The notes: a model not told the origin generated them from the sequence alone. Counted from the first letter of the whole stretch, positions 48,192 to 61,575 are shown. The stretch: 61,772 nucleotides of DNA, filler included, from Dimargaris cristalligena (GCA_003614675.1; 12 parts of 12 records of this genome joined end to end with filler, not necessarily neighbours in it); one strand, 5' to 3'. A program made the numbers and translations.

Positions 48192-50329
48192 TTAAAGACG
48201 AGGCTGGTACGGCTTATTCGCCCTGGACGAGCCTGTGTTGGGCCCCGGGGGATGGTGGATGGTGGGCCCGGGCGCACCCGTTCGAAGAGGATTGGGGAAA
48301 GCCGCCGGAAGAGGTCGATTGAGGAGACCGGCCACCGAGTCCGATAGCTGCCGGGTGTGTCCCGTGACCGCCTGAAAGCGCGCCTTCATTTTGGTGTAAA
48401 GCCCCTGTAATTTTTCGACATCGAGACGCAATTGCAGGTTCTCTTCCTGCCGCTGAGTGGCCAGGGTGGTGATTTGGGTTTCGGACTGTGTGACTTGGGC
48501 GGCCAGTAGGTCCAGGTCAAACCGAATCCGACCCACCTGGAGCGCTAGGTCATCCAACCGGGCGTTGGCCGCGTCATCGAGCGGTGGGGGAGGGCCAATG
48601 ATATGTGTGGGGGGAAAGGACCCGTCGAGATCATCGTGGCCATGGTGGATAGGTGAGGTAGACCCCGGAAAAGGGATATGGGAACCCGGGACCCCCGTCG
48701 GGTAGTACCAGTTGCCGTCGACGCCGTAAATTGGGGGTGAGGGCCGGATAATATGTAGCGGGTGCAGGGGCCGGCCAGCCAATCGACCCCGGGGGTTCAG
48801 GGCCAGATCCTCCCATTCAGGAACAGGTTCGCCCGACGGGGTAAACGACGTCACCGGGGGTGGGTTGTGGCTAGGGGGCGGGGGCACCGATAATGCATCA
48901 TAGATTGGGATAGACCATTCATCGGGGTCTAGGGTATCCAGCCCATCACCCGGATCGGAGCTGAAGTTCGCTAAATCATGGGCGGACGGGCCCTCCATGA
49001 TGCCCCTTGCTTCCGTAGATGGTAGCTGGCCCACAATATAACGGTCCACCAGGGCCTGGAGGGAGGCTACCGATCGCTGTAGTTCGGTATTGGTGCACTG
49101 AAGATTGCGGTAGCGCTGGTCTTGGAATTCCAGAAGACCGGACAATTTGTGACAGAAACAGGTGTCGTTCAAGTGTTCCTGTAGCGCCTCTGACGAATCA
49201 CCTGTCCATGTGCAACCGTACGCTTTATATGTACAGAAAGTCTGGCGGGAGGGACAGCGGGTTTGATGATCAATAATATGTGCCTCCGGGCAGCGCTGGC
49301 TACAGAATTTGCAGGCCACTGTCGGCACACCGTCGCTATCCGGTTCCTCCAAACTTGAAGAAGGTGGACCATCGCCAAAGGACTTATTGGGATCACCGGA
49401 AATAGATATATGCTAATAGTAAAGGTTAGGACATACTTCACAAGAGGGGATACCTGTTGTATATGTATGTATTTATATATGTTGGGCAGTAGAGCACCTG
49501 GCGAAATGATTGGGAGCCAGCTAATATTATTGTAGACCCTCTGCTGGAGTTTCACTTACCCGACTGGATAGACAGATGCGACACTTAACGCAGTCCCGAG
49601 TGCCGTGGGGGCAGTTGGGTAGATGTAAATATAGTTCCTTGCGCGGCATTGCTATTGAACAGCTGGTGTGGTGACATGGTACCGTCTGGTAGGGACATTG
49701 GGTTCGCAAGTGAAGGGACAGTCGTTGGCGCTGGACCGGGATAGTGCACCCCAGGTTTTGGTTTGGGCAGTGTACCAATAGTTCATTGACTAGGCTTTGA
49801 AGCGCGACCGAGGCAGTCACCGTTGTTTCGGAAGTAAAAGCCTGTCGGTCTAACGGACACCGTGGTTCCGCGGCATTATTGAGCCCTTGAATACATTCCG
49901 CGCAAAAAGTATGGCTAGTTTATGAGGGAGAGTGTGTGGGGGGGAGGGGTACATGATAGAGTTCTATATTTATGAGTTGAACACCGCCAGAATAGGGAGG
50001 CATAGTTGGTTCAAAACTAAAAGCGAGGTTGGACTGGGCTGACTTTACACATGTCAACATGTAGGTTTTCGATAAGTCAAGTGAAAGTTCAATTCGTTGC
50101 TGGCTACATATCCACAACCCAGAGTCAAAGGCTCGGTATAAGGAAACTGGCAGATACAGCAAACGAGGTTGGAGTTGACCGTATCGACGTAGTCGATTGT
50201 GGCGTGTAAGTCTATATCGGCCGAGTTGGGTAGTCGGGAGGTGTCGCTACTGCTGCCCGCAGAAGGACTCATGGGGTTATCGGTAGGGCTCCAGACCACC
50301 GAGGAATTAGAATGAGAAGAACGAGACAT
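48192..50329 (-). CDS. RING finger + TRAF/SIAH-type zinc finger + coiled-coil protein (putative E3 ligase); exons 50329-50112, 49914-49560, 49412-48192
   Basis: Spliced CCICQFPY..LGCG|HTFCAECI..CPLDR RING; VNELLVHCPN..GC; repeated H...CP...C; intron 2 canonical with CTAAC branch point; intron 1 donor non-canonical. Confidence 0.8.
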
Positions 50330-53300
50330 GTAGGTAAATGGGTAAGTGTAGCAAGGTGGGGAATGGAGAAAGTAGCAAATATAATAGTGTTTCACCTCCC
50401 AACAATATACCAACATAAGGCGGCGAAATTTCACACTCTATTTTCCTCCCGCCATAATCACCGGTAGCACTATATTTACAAGTGGACGGGGTTAAAATAC
50501 CAAGTATAGTCGGTTTGGGTCTCAGAAAGTATACCACCCGGCCCTAAATGAGGGACATCCTTCCTATTTAGTGGGGAATATCTATTTCAATTTTAGACAG
50601 CAGTCCTATGTTCTAGATAAGCCAATTGATCGCCATTAAAACCAAAAATCAGATGTTAAGGAAAACCCCAGTACGGGCCTATCGTTACAGAGACTGTTCC
50701 TTGTGTGCACTTAAACCCCACTGGCACAACTTCAAACGCCTTCGATTATGTATTTCAATAGCTAGACGCCCTACTTAAAAGGTACTTGGAGTTAAACCGA
50801 CGCCGTGTGTGGTGACAGCAAATGCCAGGCAAGTTTTACCATTGGGGGTCTAAAAATTGGTGGTCTAAAAGCTATAGATCACCTTATAGTTCTTGTTACC
50901 ACCGCCCTCCTATTCTACAAACACCATTCCATATTTCCTGTCTAGGCTGTATAAACCCACCTATCACTTATCCTATACCTAAATTCCATATATATAATAG
51001 CTACACTTTAGTTAATAACAACGGCTAATCTGGTTATCTGAAGCAAAACCTAGCTCTTCTTAACTGTTCACTAATTAGTCACTATAATTTATACCTACCA
51101 TATGCTATCCCACTATATATTATTCACCCCCATTTTCTCGACCATTAGTTTACAATGCATCATATACCCCTGTACTAAAATTCACCTTTTGTAAGCGTTT
51201 TCTAAGTGCAATAGAACCCGAGGCTGATGTATGCCACAACTTCAGGCATGGCACATGATATTCTGTTGGAAGACCCCATAATCATCGGAATAGAAGTGGT
51301 AGACCAAAGCGCCAGACCCGCTAGCATGTGGAAACTGGCTGGTCCAACTGAAGTGGATGTTCTACAGTCGGAATAGCACAATCACCCGTAGCAATGGGCC
51401 AGAGCCCGAGAAAATTCCCAATAAACAGTCGGCATATCATGACCTGAGATTGTTGAATTGGAAAACACAGAATAATCAAACAATAGCCAACTTCTTTATA
51501 CGACCAGGTAGCTTTGAATTAGGTGCACGGCCAAACTAAACCCTCGGGAGTAGCCCTATATANNNNNNNNNNNNNNNNNNNNNNNNNNNNNNNNNNNNNN
51601 NNNNNNTTAATTAATTAANNNNNNNNNNNNNNNNNNNNNNNNNNNNNNNNNNNNNNNNNNNNTTTTCCCATACACGTATAATGCAAACCCTTATATAGCT
51701 GGGCCGAATTTCACCCATACTGACTGTCCCCCCTTCTAAATCTGCCAATCATCGCAGGAGTTATTTATTCAGGCCTTCTCCTATTAGTACATCGACCTCC
51801 CCGCTAGGGCTCAATAATTTTCAGCGTTATTTTGTTTGGCTGGAATGGAACAGTTAGTGCCACCACATATTGAAAGAAGTTTTAAAGAGCAAGGGCATTC
51901 GGCCCATCTTTCATTGGCGAAAAACCGCCAGACTGTAGTCCAAAAAAAAACCACCAAGCCTTAGTGGGGGTCGCGTTGGGCGATGTACCCAGGGTTCTAA
52001 TTCTGAATGTCTTGCCTGGCGAATACAGCAGCCAGCCAGTCGCGGGTCCTTTTTCCCCCTTAGTTTGTCAGTTCCTTTGTGGTTCTCGAAGGAAATCAAT
52101 ACAGAGACATTGCCACTATCTTAGCCTACCCTTTCTTACGTACCTTCGCATTCCATCCCTACTTTGTCTTAGCTATCTGCTCTGAGCCCAACCCTCCCTA
52201 CTAGGCCTATTGAGAGCCCTGGGCTGCACATTTACTTCTATATTCCCCCCCTCCTCCCTCCCCCTTTTGGCATTGACCTGTTGCCGCCCCCCCCTTGCCC
52301 TCCTCCTTCTGCTTGGCCCACTTTTACAGTGAGATAAATAATAATACACCCCCCCCTGTATCAAAACCCTTTGCTCCACAGTGTTGGTGGACTTCAGTAT
52401 AGTAATATCCTCCTTCAACCCCGTTCTCATTCGCACACAGCAGTCTTCAATTTTATTCATCCATCGCATCCAGCCTCAAGGTAAGTCCATTGGAACCTCG
52501 ATGTATTAACCATGGCGGTCGCAACGGGGGATTCTTATCATGGCTTCGCCATGGATGGCAGAAATATGCTGTTACATACTACTCAGTCACAAATTATCCC
52601 TAAGGCGGCCGGCTTTTTCTTACATCCTAATTTTCCCCATTTCCAAGATTCCCAAGATTCTATTTTTTTAGTTTATTTCCGGACTCTGGTATATTATTGC
52701 CCTTTACTTTTCCTTGGAGCTTGGGCTTGCCTGTCCACCGACCTAGTGAGGGTGGTGGTGGAGTCGCCCCCCTCTCTTTTACCTAGCCCATACTGCTTCC
52801 TTGGCAGTCCCTCACCATTTTACTGCTCATGGCCTGGGGAGTATTGGGTTTTCGAGGGCAATGCGTGACTTGGCAGGGTTATGAGTGGACAAACCCCTTC
52901 TTCCTCCAGTGAACTCTTCATTCGCGTTGCCTATTGGTTTCGGGGGATTCACTTGGGAATTGGGGGAGGGGGATTCACGCCATGCGCGCTGGTCTCGTTC
53001 TTTTCTTGAGGACTATCCTCATTTGGGAAGTTTTTTTCTGGCCAGTCCCACCAATATGGCTCTTTTTCTACCATGTCCCCCTTCCTTTTTACTATGGTGG
53101 CCAGCCCTAAATGAGAGCCAGCCTCCCACCCAAGGGAAGAAAGTGGTGGGGAATGAGGATGGGCTGCACAACCTCACATCTCGCGCCATTCAACTCCCCC
53201 ATGGTTCATGCATGACTATTGTTGGCAAGGCGGCGGCTCCCTCTCCCTGGTTAGGCATGGCCTTGAAGCGCATACATTCTTCACTCCCTTTTATTTCGCT

Positions 53301-53786
53301 TCGTGCACCACTTCTCCATTACATGCCCCTAATCGCCCATTTGGCTAAACCCCCCAGGCAGCCATTCTTTTTCCAGCGAATCACCCAAGCCCTGTTTTAT
53401 TAATTCCAAGCCTTCCTTTACAAGTCTCCCCATAGCGTCATTCGTGCATTGGCCCTGGCATTTCCCCGCGAGCCCTCCCTGCATCCTTTTCTCTGTTCCT
53501 GGCCCACCTTTGTATACTTCTTTCCTTTGCTGACCAGTTGTTGAATATCGACTTCAGCGCCCACCAGCCTGCTCATTCAGCCACATTTCTCTTTAAGGAT
53601 TCCCCCCAGTCGACTGCTACAGCGTTCCTGACGATCCACATTGGCCCACCGAAACAGGTTTTATGTACTGACACTCCTCGTTTTTCTTCACCCCCTAATT
53701 CCTACACCCCCCATACCCCAGCATAACCCATTCCGTGCCCACCTCGCTGGTCCATCTCTCGTTTAGTTTACCCTTAACTCTTTGAT

Positions 53787-56639
53787 ATGGACCTGCTCGT
53801 TGCGGCACAGCTGCCCGATTCCAGCCCCCCGACTTCACCGTCCCTCCCGAACGGCCAATTCAATGCCGCTCGAATGGCCCAATCCACAGACGGGCCCAGG
53901 GCGGAAACACGACCCAACTCCACCAACCTATCAATACCCAGTACCCCCACTGCCCCTAAGCCTCGTCCCGTCAACCATACAAAGAAGTCGCCCATGTCCA
54001 AAGCCGCTTCAGGGGGCTCGGCCGCTAATTTCAACCAGGGTGTAGGGGGTAATCACAACAATCGCGTATGTCTTCTCAATCTCGTTACATCCGGCTTGCT
54101 CCGGCCCCATTCCAGCGTAAGTTTCCGCAACCACACGGCAATCGTTACTCCAGCTGGGAAGCTTCAGCCGAACCCTACCGAACCCCTCTCTCAGGAAATG
54201 CAACCCGAATACGAAACCCCCAGTGCCTGGGCGACTGCCGTCTGCAAAATGGGTCGCCACGGCCGCGTGGCGGTGAACGGTTGGTCCTCGGTCAAAATTC
54301 AGGTGGCCTGCGATACCGAAGTTGGCCCGGCCCAGCACCTCGAAGTTCCGCTAGACGTGCTTCGTCAAAAATACTTGGCCATGACGAGCGGAAACCCAGC
54401 CATGGCTAACCTCCCGTTGCGTCATTTTTTGGGGGACTCCCGTAAGCGCAAGTTGCGTCCCGATACCCCCTCCACTGGCATTAAGAATCGCAAGGTGGCT
54501 GATGGGTCGTCGGAGCCTTCCGACTTCCACCGGTCACCCTCTGTGCCGTCCACTGGCCCTTCTTCCCCCGCCAATATCCCCGGAGCCATTGCGGCCTCCG
54601 TTCCTACTCCCCCGGAAATCCGCCCACCAGCCAAACGGAAATACACCCGGCACCCTAAGTTCCCCCCAGCCCTGGAACGGCCCTTAGGGGGCTGGCCTCC
54701 ACCAATTAAACTAAGTCCCATCGACGAGCCCATCATGCTTGAACCGCTCGACAGCACCAATCCAGCTGAGATGGCCAAACGCTCCCTCGCCCAAAAACTT
54801 CGTAACAAGCGCCGGAAAAAACTGAATATGCGCATATACGCTTGGCTGGATTACCGGCGCTCCACCCGGGGGGTTCCCTGGGCTTTTCCCCTACTACGCC
54901 GAGCCCAGGTGACTCAGTATTTAAAGAACCCAGAGTCGCAACCGGGCCCGACTAGTATTTTCCTCCCCTATTCACGCCGCGCATTACCAAGTCCGTCGGA
55001 TTATGTGTGCCGGACCGAAACCAGCCTTGATTCGAAACTAAACTGTGATAGGACTTGTACGACCTGTGGTCTAGGTATCCCAGCAGCTGGGCCCGCCCGC
55101 TCGGCCCATTCAGCGGGTGCACATTCCCGGGGTTCTAACCCGGCCAGTTCAGCGGCCACCCAATTCCCCAACCTTTTTCATTGTAAATATTGCGGAGAGG
55201 ACTACCATGCCACTTGTGCGGGACATGATGTTCCCTCCTCCGCCCATCCCTTGGTTCCCCATATCGCCCCTCCCCCCGCAGCGGCCCGTAAACTACCGGA
55301 CCTAGGGTCCAAACAGTGTGCTAATTGTGCGTCGTGTATGACATGTCATCAACGCGAGCCTGCAGGGCAACTTCTGCAATGCGATCACTGCCCTCAGCTA
55401 ACCCACGTGCCATGTTTACCCCCCATTGCCCTAGAGGCCGTACAGCAGTATCGGCGCTGGGTCTGTCCCGACTGCGCCCGCTGCCATGAGTGCGGATCCC
55501 GGGACCCCAACGGGCCTGAACCCGTGCCGCCCGATGGTAAGGCCTACTGGTCGTTCGATTACTCCCTATGCGGCCCGTGTGGAAAACTACTGGAGAAGGG
55601 TAATCTATGCCCCCTCTGCCAAAGCGTGTACCGGGATGACGATTACGAGACCCCCATGATCGCATGCGATACGTGCAGTCACTGGGTTCACTCTAACTGT
55701 GATGCCTATCTGACCCCCGAGCGGTACCAGAGATTGGTGGAAGACGAAGACTCCCAGTATTTCTGCCCCATTTGTCGTAAGGAGCAGGAGGAAACGATGT
55801 TCTGGACGCTACCGGTGGCCTTTGAGCGCGAACGGGTGTGGGTGGCTGCGATTGGGGGTCTGCGGGCCAGTTTCCGGCACGAACTGCGTGACCAGCTGTC
55901 ACCTAAAACGGGGCGTGGGGCCTCCGCAAAATCGACCGGGTCCGGCGCCACCAACGCCACTTTATCAGTTGAGATGCGATCCTCACCCAAGTCACTGCCC
56001 GCTACTGGCTCTAATTCCTTAGGCGGTTCACCGGGGATGTCTGCCGTACTTGAGGGCATTTCCTGTTTCAATTTCGAATTAGATATCCATCCGCTTTATG
56101 ACCTGGGTCTGACCCATCCACCATCCTCAATAGCGGAAGGGACCGCTGCTACTCGGATACGACGGGTGGGCTCCCTGGATAATGGTGATAGCCCCCGGAC
56201 ACCGGGTCTCTGTGATTTGCTGCTGGCGGCCGCCCATCCGGCCCACCCTGCCCGTGGAGCGAAAATCGGTTCGCTTTCTATGGGAGGTGGTGGACCCATC
56301 CCCCCTTCGTTATCCGCTGGCCACACCCCAATTTCAAGCTCCTTCGCTGGATCGGGCCGGACTCGACCCTCTAGCGGACTTCCGGTCTCGGCTACCAACG
56401 GCATACCCCATTCCAGTGCGATGGCCCGGCATAGCACAGTGGGAGTAGGGTGTAGCAGCATTAACAATACCAACAATCCCATCATTAACCCGGTTGGTGG
56501 CCCCCCGCCCTGCCATGCTTCGGTGGTAGACGCCGCTGAGGTCCTCCTGACCTTATTCAGTGCCGAGCCTAGTCCATCCCCGTCCGTGTCGGTTCCGCCT
56601 GCATCAGCCCATTCCAATCCGCACCTGAGCCAGCGGTAG
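53787..56639 (+). CDS. Chromatin reader with RAMA domain and three MLL/Trithorax-like PHD fingers, no SET domain (950 aa)
   Basis: LLNLVTSGLLRP..AIVTPAGKL..YETPSAWA..NGWSSV; PHDs including KGNLCPLCQSVYRDDDYETPMIACDTCSHWVHSNC; basic NLS-like RKRK and RNKRRKK. Confidence 0.85.
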   Translation: MDLLVAAQLPDSSPPTSPSLPNGQFNAARMAQSTDGPRAETRPNSTNLSIPSTPTAPKPRPVNHTKKSPMSKAASGGSAANFNQGVGGNHNNRVCLLNLVTSGLLRPHSSVSFRNHTAIVTPAGKLQPNPTEPLSQEMQPEYETPSAWATAVCKMGRHGRVAVNGWSSVKIQVACDTEVGPAQHLEVPLDVLRQKYLAMTSGNPAMANLPLRHFLGDSRKRKLRPDTPSTGIKNRKVADGSSEPSDFHRSPSVPSTGPSSPANIPGAIAASVPTPPEIRPPAKRKYTRHPKFPPALERPLGGWPPPIKLSPIDEPIMLEPLDSTNPAEMAKRSLAQKLRNKRRKKLNMRIYAWLDYRRSTRGVPWAFPLLRRAQVTQYLKNPESQPGPTSIFLPYSRRALPSPSDYVCRTETSLDSKLNCDRTCTTCGLGIPAAGPARSAHSAGAHSRGSNPASSAATQFPNLFHCKYCGEDYHATCAGHDVPSSAHPLVPHIAPPPAAARKLPDLGSKQCANCASCMTCHQREPAGQLLQCDHCPQLTHVPCLPPIALEAVQQYRRWVCPDCARCHECGSRDPNGPEPVPPDGKAYWSFDYSLCGPCGKLLEKGNLCPLCQSVYRDDDYETPMIACDTCSHWVHSNCDAYLTPERYQRLVEDEDSQYFCPICRKEQEETMFWTLPVAFERERVWVAAIGGLRASFRHELRDQLSPKTGRGASAKSTGSGATNATLSVEMRSSPKSLPATGSNSLGGSPGMSAVLEGISCFNFELDIHPLYDLGLTHPPSSIAEGTAATRIRRVGSLDNGDSPRTPGLCDLLLAAAHPAHPARGAKIGSLSMGGGGPIPPSLSAGHTPISSSFAGSGRTRPSSGLPVSATNGIPHSSAMARHSTVGVGCSSINNTNNPIINPVGGPPPCHASVVDAAEVLLTLFSAEPSPSPSVSVPPASAHSNPHLSQR

Positions 56640-58699
56640 AGTGCGTCGGGGTTAGGGCGAGTTTGGGGGGNNNNNNNNNNNNNNNNNNNNNNNNNNNNNN
56701 NNNNNNNNNNNNNNTTAATTAATTAANNNNNNNNNNNNNNNNNNNNNNNNNNNNNNNNNNNNNNNNNNNNAGAGAAGGTCCCAGAACATTGGATGACTAA
56801 GTAGAGGGAAAGGGAGGGGAGTTCCTAAATAATAATATTAGTCATCACAAAGGATAGGTAATACTTGGGTAACCAATAAATTCAATGTGAAATAATAAAA
56901 GGGAAAAAAAGGAAAGGGAGAAAGCTATTTTTAATAGTACTTTGAACAGGGGTGTAGTTGGGCCAGGGGCAGTGTGAATACAGGGGTACAGTCTAGTTAG
57001 GGGTAGGGGTGTAGCTTAGTCAGGGGTATATATAGGAAAATACTATACTCATTAGGGGTAGGGGCAGAGTTCTGATAAGTATGAAAAATAGGTAAAAAGT
57101 AGAAGTAGGTTAAAATGTGGTAAGTTCACTATAAACTGCAAAGGCAGGATGGCTCACAAGTGGAAATAGTAAATTACATATATAGGGGTATTAGTTTTGG
57201 GCTTAATACAGTTAACTAGGGGTTCATCTTGTATGTCTATGACTTATACTGTAGCTAGGTAGAGCAGTCCATTAGTATTACTGTAGATATGACTAGGGTA
57301 GTGGCAGACTGTAAAGATGTATTTTGGAAGTATCAGGTATGAATGTTTAAGGCAGCTGGAGCAGGGGGGGGGTGTTATGATGGACTAGTAATGAGGCAAG
57401 GTACCATAGGATAGATAGGAATCAAAGTGATAATAGTGAGATTATTAAAATAAATAATCAGAATAGATAAAATAAGGGGAAAGTTGCAAACTGAAGAATA
57501 AGCTATTGGGGAAGGGTGGGATTATATTTGAATAGAAGGGACAGGGGAAATAATAGTAATGACTAACTAATATGTATTGGTAATTAGAAAAGAGGGAGAG
57601 TGTAGTAATAATAATATAAATATGGTAGAATAATGGGGACATATTTTCTTATAGTGAGTTTCTAATTTACCCATCTATTGGCATGGATTTTGTTTATATA
57701 ATTAGTTAAACTTATAGTGTAAATAAATTGGTCATAACAAAGCCTAACTGAGCTAGTTTAAGGTTTATTAGGTAGGGTGATATTACTGTAATAGCAAATA
57801 TTACCACAGGAATTATTATTTATTATACTAGAATCTTATTAGGGTAATAGTAGGGGTAGGGGGTTTATATATAAAACTATACTAATCATTCTGCATAACA
57901 ATATTATGGGAGTTTATAAAAAAAACTCATATATGTCACATGTTATTCACGTGACTTTTATTGAGCCTTGTTGCCATTATATGTAATAAAATGTCTTTGG
58001 TATTTAAATTTATCCCATTTGGGCCTCCCTAAGGATTTTTTCCACCCCTATGGTGCCCCCAATGGGGAATATATTTGTCAGCATGATTAGAAAAACATTC
58101 CAAAGATAGGTGATGGGAATAAAATGTAACAGCCAATAGGGGTCCAATTAGCTGATCTGTTACAGTAGTTTGGGCCAATGGTTGATGAAGATCTACTAGT
58201 TTGAGAATATCAGTCAATAGCTGGTGAGTACCAGAAGACAATGGTAGATCCCACAGCTTGGATAAACTCATCCTAGTGACTGTATATAAAGGGGTACAAT
58301 CCCCCATAACATTATTTTTTTCCTCACTTTTCGTAATTACCCACTATTTATTTCCCATTTTAGTTGATGAAGGGGGAAGGTGCCCACAACACACTTTATA
58401 AGCCTAGTTCTCTCACTGACCTTCATTCCTTTGTTAGTATACCCACTATCTACATTATCCCTGTAGTTCTGCGCCTTTATCATATGGTAGTTGGTAATGT
58501 TATTATATTCCTTGTAGGGCAGTTGTTTATTTTTCGTATTCGCTAGTGCTATCCCCATGTAATATAGCAATATTTTTTACGTTGAGGACAAACTAGTGCT
58601 GTTCATTGTTATTACCAAAGCCTCTAAATTTTCTCCCGCCACTCCATTTCCAACACCGCGTTCAATTACTTTGAATTTCCGAACTGCCCCGTATCGGCG

Positions 58700-61575
58700 A
58701 TGCGGTTGCCGCCCAACTCAAGTGATAACATGTCGGACACCGAACCTGAATACGAAGTAGAGCGCATTATCGGTCGCAAACTCCGCGCCGATGGAAAATA
58801 TTACCAAGTGAAATGGGGCGGCTACCCCCTGTCGGAATGTACATGGGAGCACCAGAGTAGCCTGACTCATTGTCAACAGGCCATTCAATTGTTCGAATGC
58901 CACTATCGCCGAGAGAACGGTTTGACCGGTTCCACATCCCCAACCTTAGATAGCGATGGCCTGCCGCCCGAACCCCTGCTATTGTTGAAAGAGGCCCAGT
59001 CCTTTGCGGGTCGAGTTGACAAAGCACCGAATGAGTCCAGTCGTGAGCTGCTACAGCAGGCCCTTAGTAAACTTAATCGATCCAATCTGGAGCAATCCGG
59101 TAGCAGCCAACAAGAGCGGTTTCGCGAGCACCGGGTAACCAAAGTCCTTGGTCGTGAACGTGACCCGCAGGGACGTGTCCGCATCCAAGTGCAATGGGAT
59201 ACAGGTGATGCTACGTGGGAACCGCTGGCCAATGCCACATATTTTTCCGCAGAGTTTGAAAAGTATGAGCATCAGTGCTACGTCACTGATTACACCCTCT
59301 CCGGACGACGCCTGAAAAACCAGGATACTGCCCCCTCGCGGCCATTGAACCGGCATTCGCTCCGTCCCCTTACCCCCCGCAACCCACTACCCGGCAGCAG
59401 CTCTTCATCGCCGCCACCTAAGCCACCAAAGACTTTGCCCACGCCAACTGGTCCAACCAACGCTACCTCCAACCCCAGCCCTAAGCCCAAACCGACTTCG
59501 AGACAATTGTTAGCCGGTCCTCATCAAAGTCCCCCCACCCCCCAACCTCAGACCACTGTAGCCGGTAAGTAGCCTAGGATGGTGTTTTGCTTTGATTTCA
59601 GGTCGCTTAACCTCGCCATTGATTAATCCTTACTGATCCCTACCTAGGGATATGTGCCGTTACAACATACTCAACATACGCAAGCTTCTAACACTATTGA
59701 TTAAATTAATTAATTATACTGAACTGCATGGTGGCAAAGTAGCCGCTCCCGCTCCAAACCAACTGCCCAGCAAGCTAACGCCCGAAAAACCAGGTATCAG
59801 TTCCCCACACCGGAGCTCGCCACACGGACCTGAGGTTACCATTGAAGTCCCCATGCCACAAGGGAATGCGGTGACTTCGCCGGATCCCAAGGCCACCCTT
59901 AGCGTTTCCCAGGCACCCATTCCTTCCCCTCAATCAACACCAGCTAAGCAACCGGTTCCTAAGCCATCCCCTATTTTGCAGCGGGCCTTGTCAAACTCGC
60001 CTTTGCCTGTCGATTTTGAGCCCGACGCCCCTTTAGGCGTGCCTTTACTCCAACCGGTCGTCTGGATCGGGGACTCGGACGACGAATCGAAACCAACTGA
60101 TCTTATCCGAAATCCCATTAAGGAAATCCCTGGCTGGCAGTCCACCCTGAGCCTGAAATATAAATACCGGGGCCAGGTTTTTTTAGGGCCGCAGGTCAGC
60201 CATCGGAGTCCCACGCCGTCCCCTCCGATCCAGCCTTGTCGCCTGCGGGCCAAAATAATCGTCATAGACTCGGACGGCGACAGTGACGGTGACAGCGACG
60301 AATCCAACAGCACTCGAAGCGGTCCGCCTCGCCCACTCAAATTAAATGGGGATAGCACTCCAACCGCGGTGCAAAAGGCTTTACCCGTGACTCAGCCCAG
60401 TCGCCCTAACAATACTATTCCTCTTAGACCCTGGGTCAAATTAACCCAACAGATGCAACATAGTTTATACCGCCGCGGCCTCCAGCAGCGCTCTTGTATT
60501 TTATGCGCAAAACCAGACGATGATCATGGTGGTGGATCTCACCGTAGTGGGGTCAAGCAATTCATTGCCTGTCAAACATGTACTGGTTTGTATCATCCAG
60601 ACTGCGCCCACGCCTGGTTAGAATATTTGGGCCGCGAACACGGCGATTCGCCCGATACACCGCCATCAGAGAGCTCATTGTGGGCGGAATTGCGGACAGT
60701 TTTGGACAATGACCTGGCCCAAGTCACGCCCGGCATTAGTACAACCACCCCGGTTGCCCTCCAAATGGCATTATGGCCGAGTTGTTGGTTTTGTAAGGGG
60801 GGATTTGGTGAAATCAAACGCCTCCTGAAATATACCCACGATATCGGCGGATATCCACCCGGAAAGGGACCTAGTCCCACCCCGGCCCCGTGGGTGCTGG
60901 TCTGGCTGGAGAACCAGTCCCTGCGAGAGGCCACCTGGCTGCCCTTCGGCTGGGTAGAACACCGTGCCCCTTATAAAGCCAAAGGACTCCTTCGTCGCGA
61001 CCCGACACCCACGTCGTCCGTGGCAAAGGCCTGGCACCGCCATTTCGAGTCCCCAGTGGTGGTCCAGGCCCGCCCCGAAGCCTGGCGGGAACTACCCGCG
61101 CACGGACTCCATCTCGGGTCTCTTCTATCTGGTCACACCAACCAGCAGGAGAATTCCAACCTCCGGAAGGCCCTTAAAGCGGGGGTATTTCCGCCCGAGA
61201 CCGCCCGGGACCTACTCACCCATTGCCCGGCCTACTGTTGTCTCGCCCACGCGTTTGGCCAGCGAGCCTTTTTAACAATGGTTCACCAAATGGCCCGTTA
61301 CGAGCCGGCCCCGTCGTTTGTGGCCACGGCGACCCACCCACCGGAATCCTTCGGCTCCGTTGAGGTCGCCTCAACGATTGGTCCAATGGTTTATATGGCC
61401 GCCGATCCAGGTTGTGGTACGTGGCTACGCCAACTGAACCAAGCCCCAGATCAGTTTTTAATTGACCGTATCCTTGACCTTAGAGTGGAATACCGTGCCT
61501 TGGACGAGGCTCCCAGTAAGAGAATTGTTCTCAAACAGATTTACGTTCGCTGGCAGGGCCAACCCTATGAACAAG
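58700..61575 (+). CDS. Multi-chromodomain + PHD protein, 3'-partial; exons 58700-59564 and 59743-61575; probable N-terminus of a CHD remodeler
   Basis: EYEVERIIG..YQVKWGGY..TWE; RVTKVLG..VQWDTGDATWEP; CILC..CQTC..YHPDC..CWFC; LVWLENQSLREATWLP; IDRILD..YVRWQGQPYEQ; GTAAGT donors at 59565 and 61576. Confidence 0.85.

Noticed and set aside
5118..56770. Regularly spaced TTAATTAATTAA palindromes as a biological repeat array
   Set aside because: Always centred in exactly 88 Ns; assembly linker
5220..61575. A chromatin-gene cluster (CHD, RAMA-PHD, chromodomain protein)
   Set aside because: Genes are on separate contigs; no physical linkage shown
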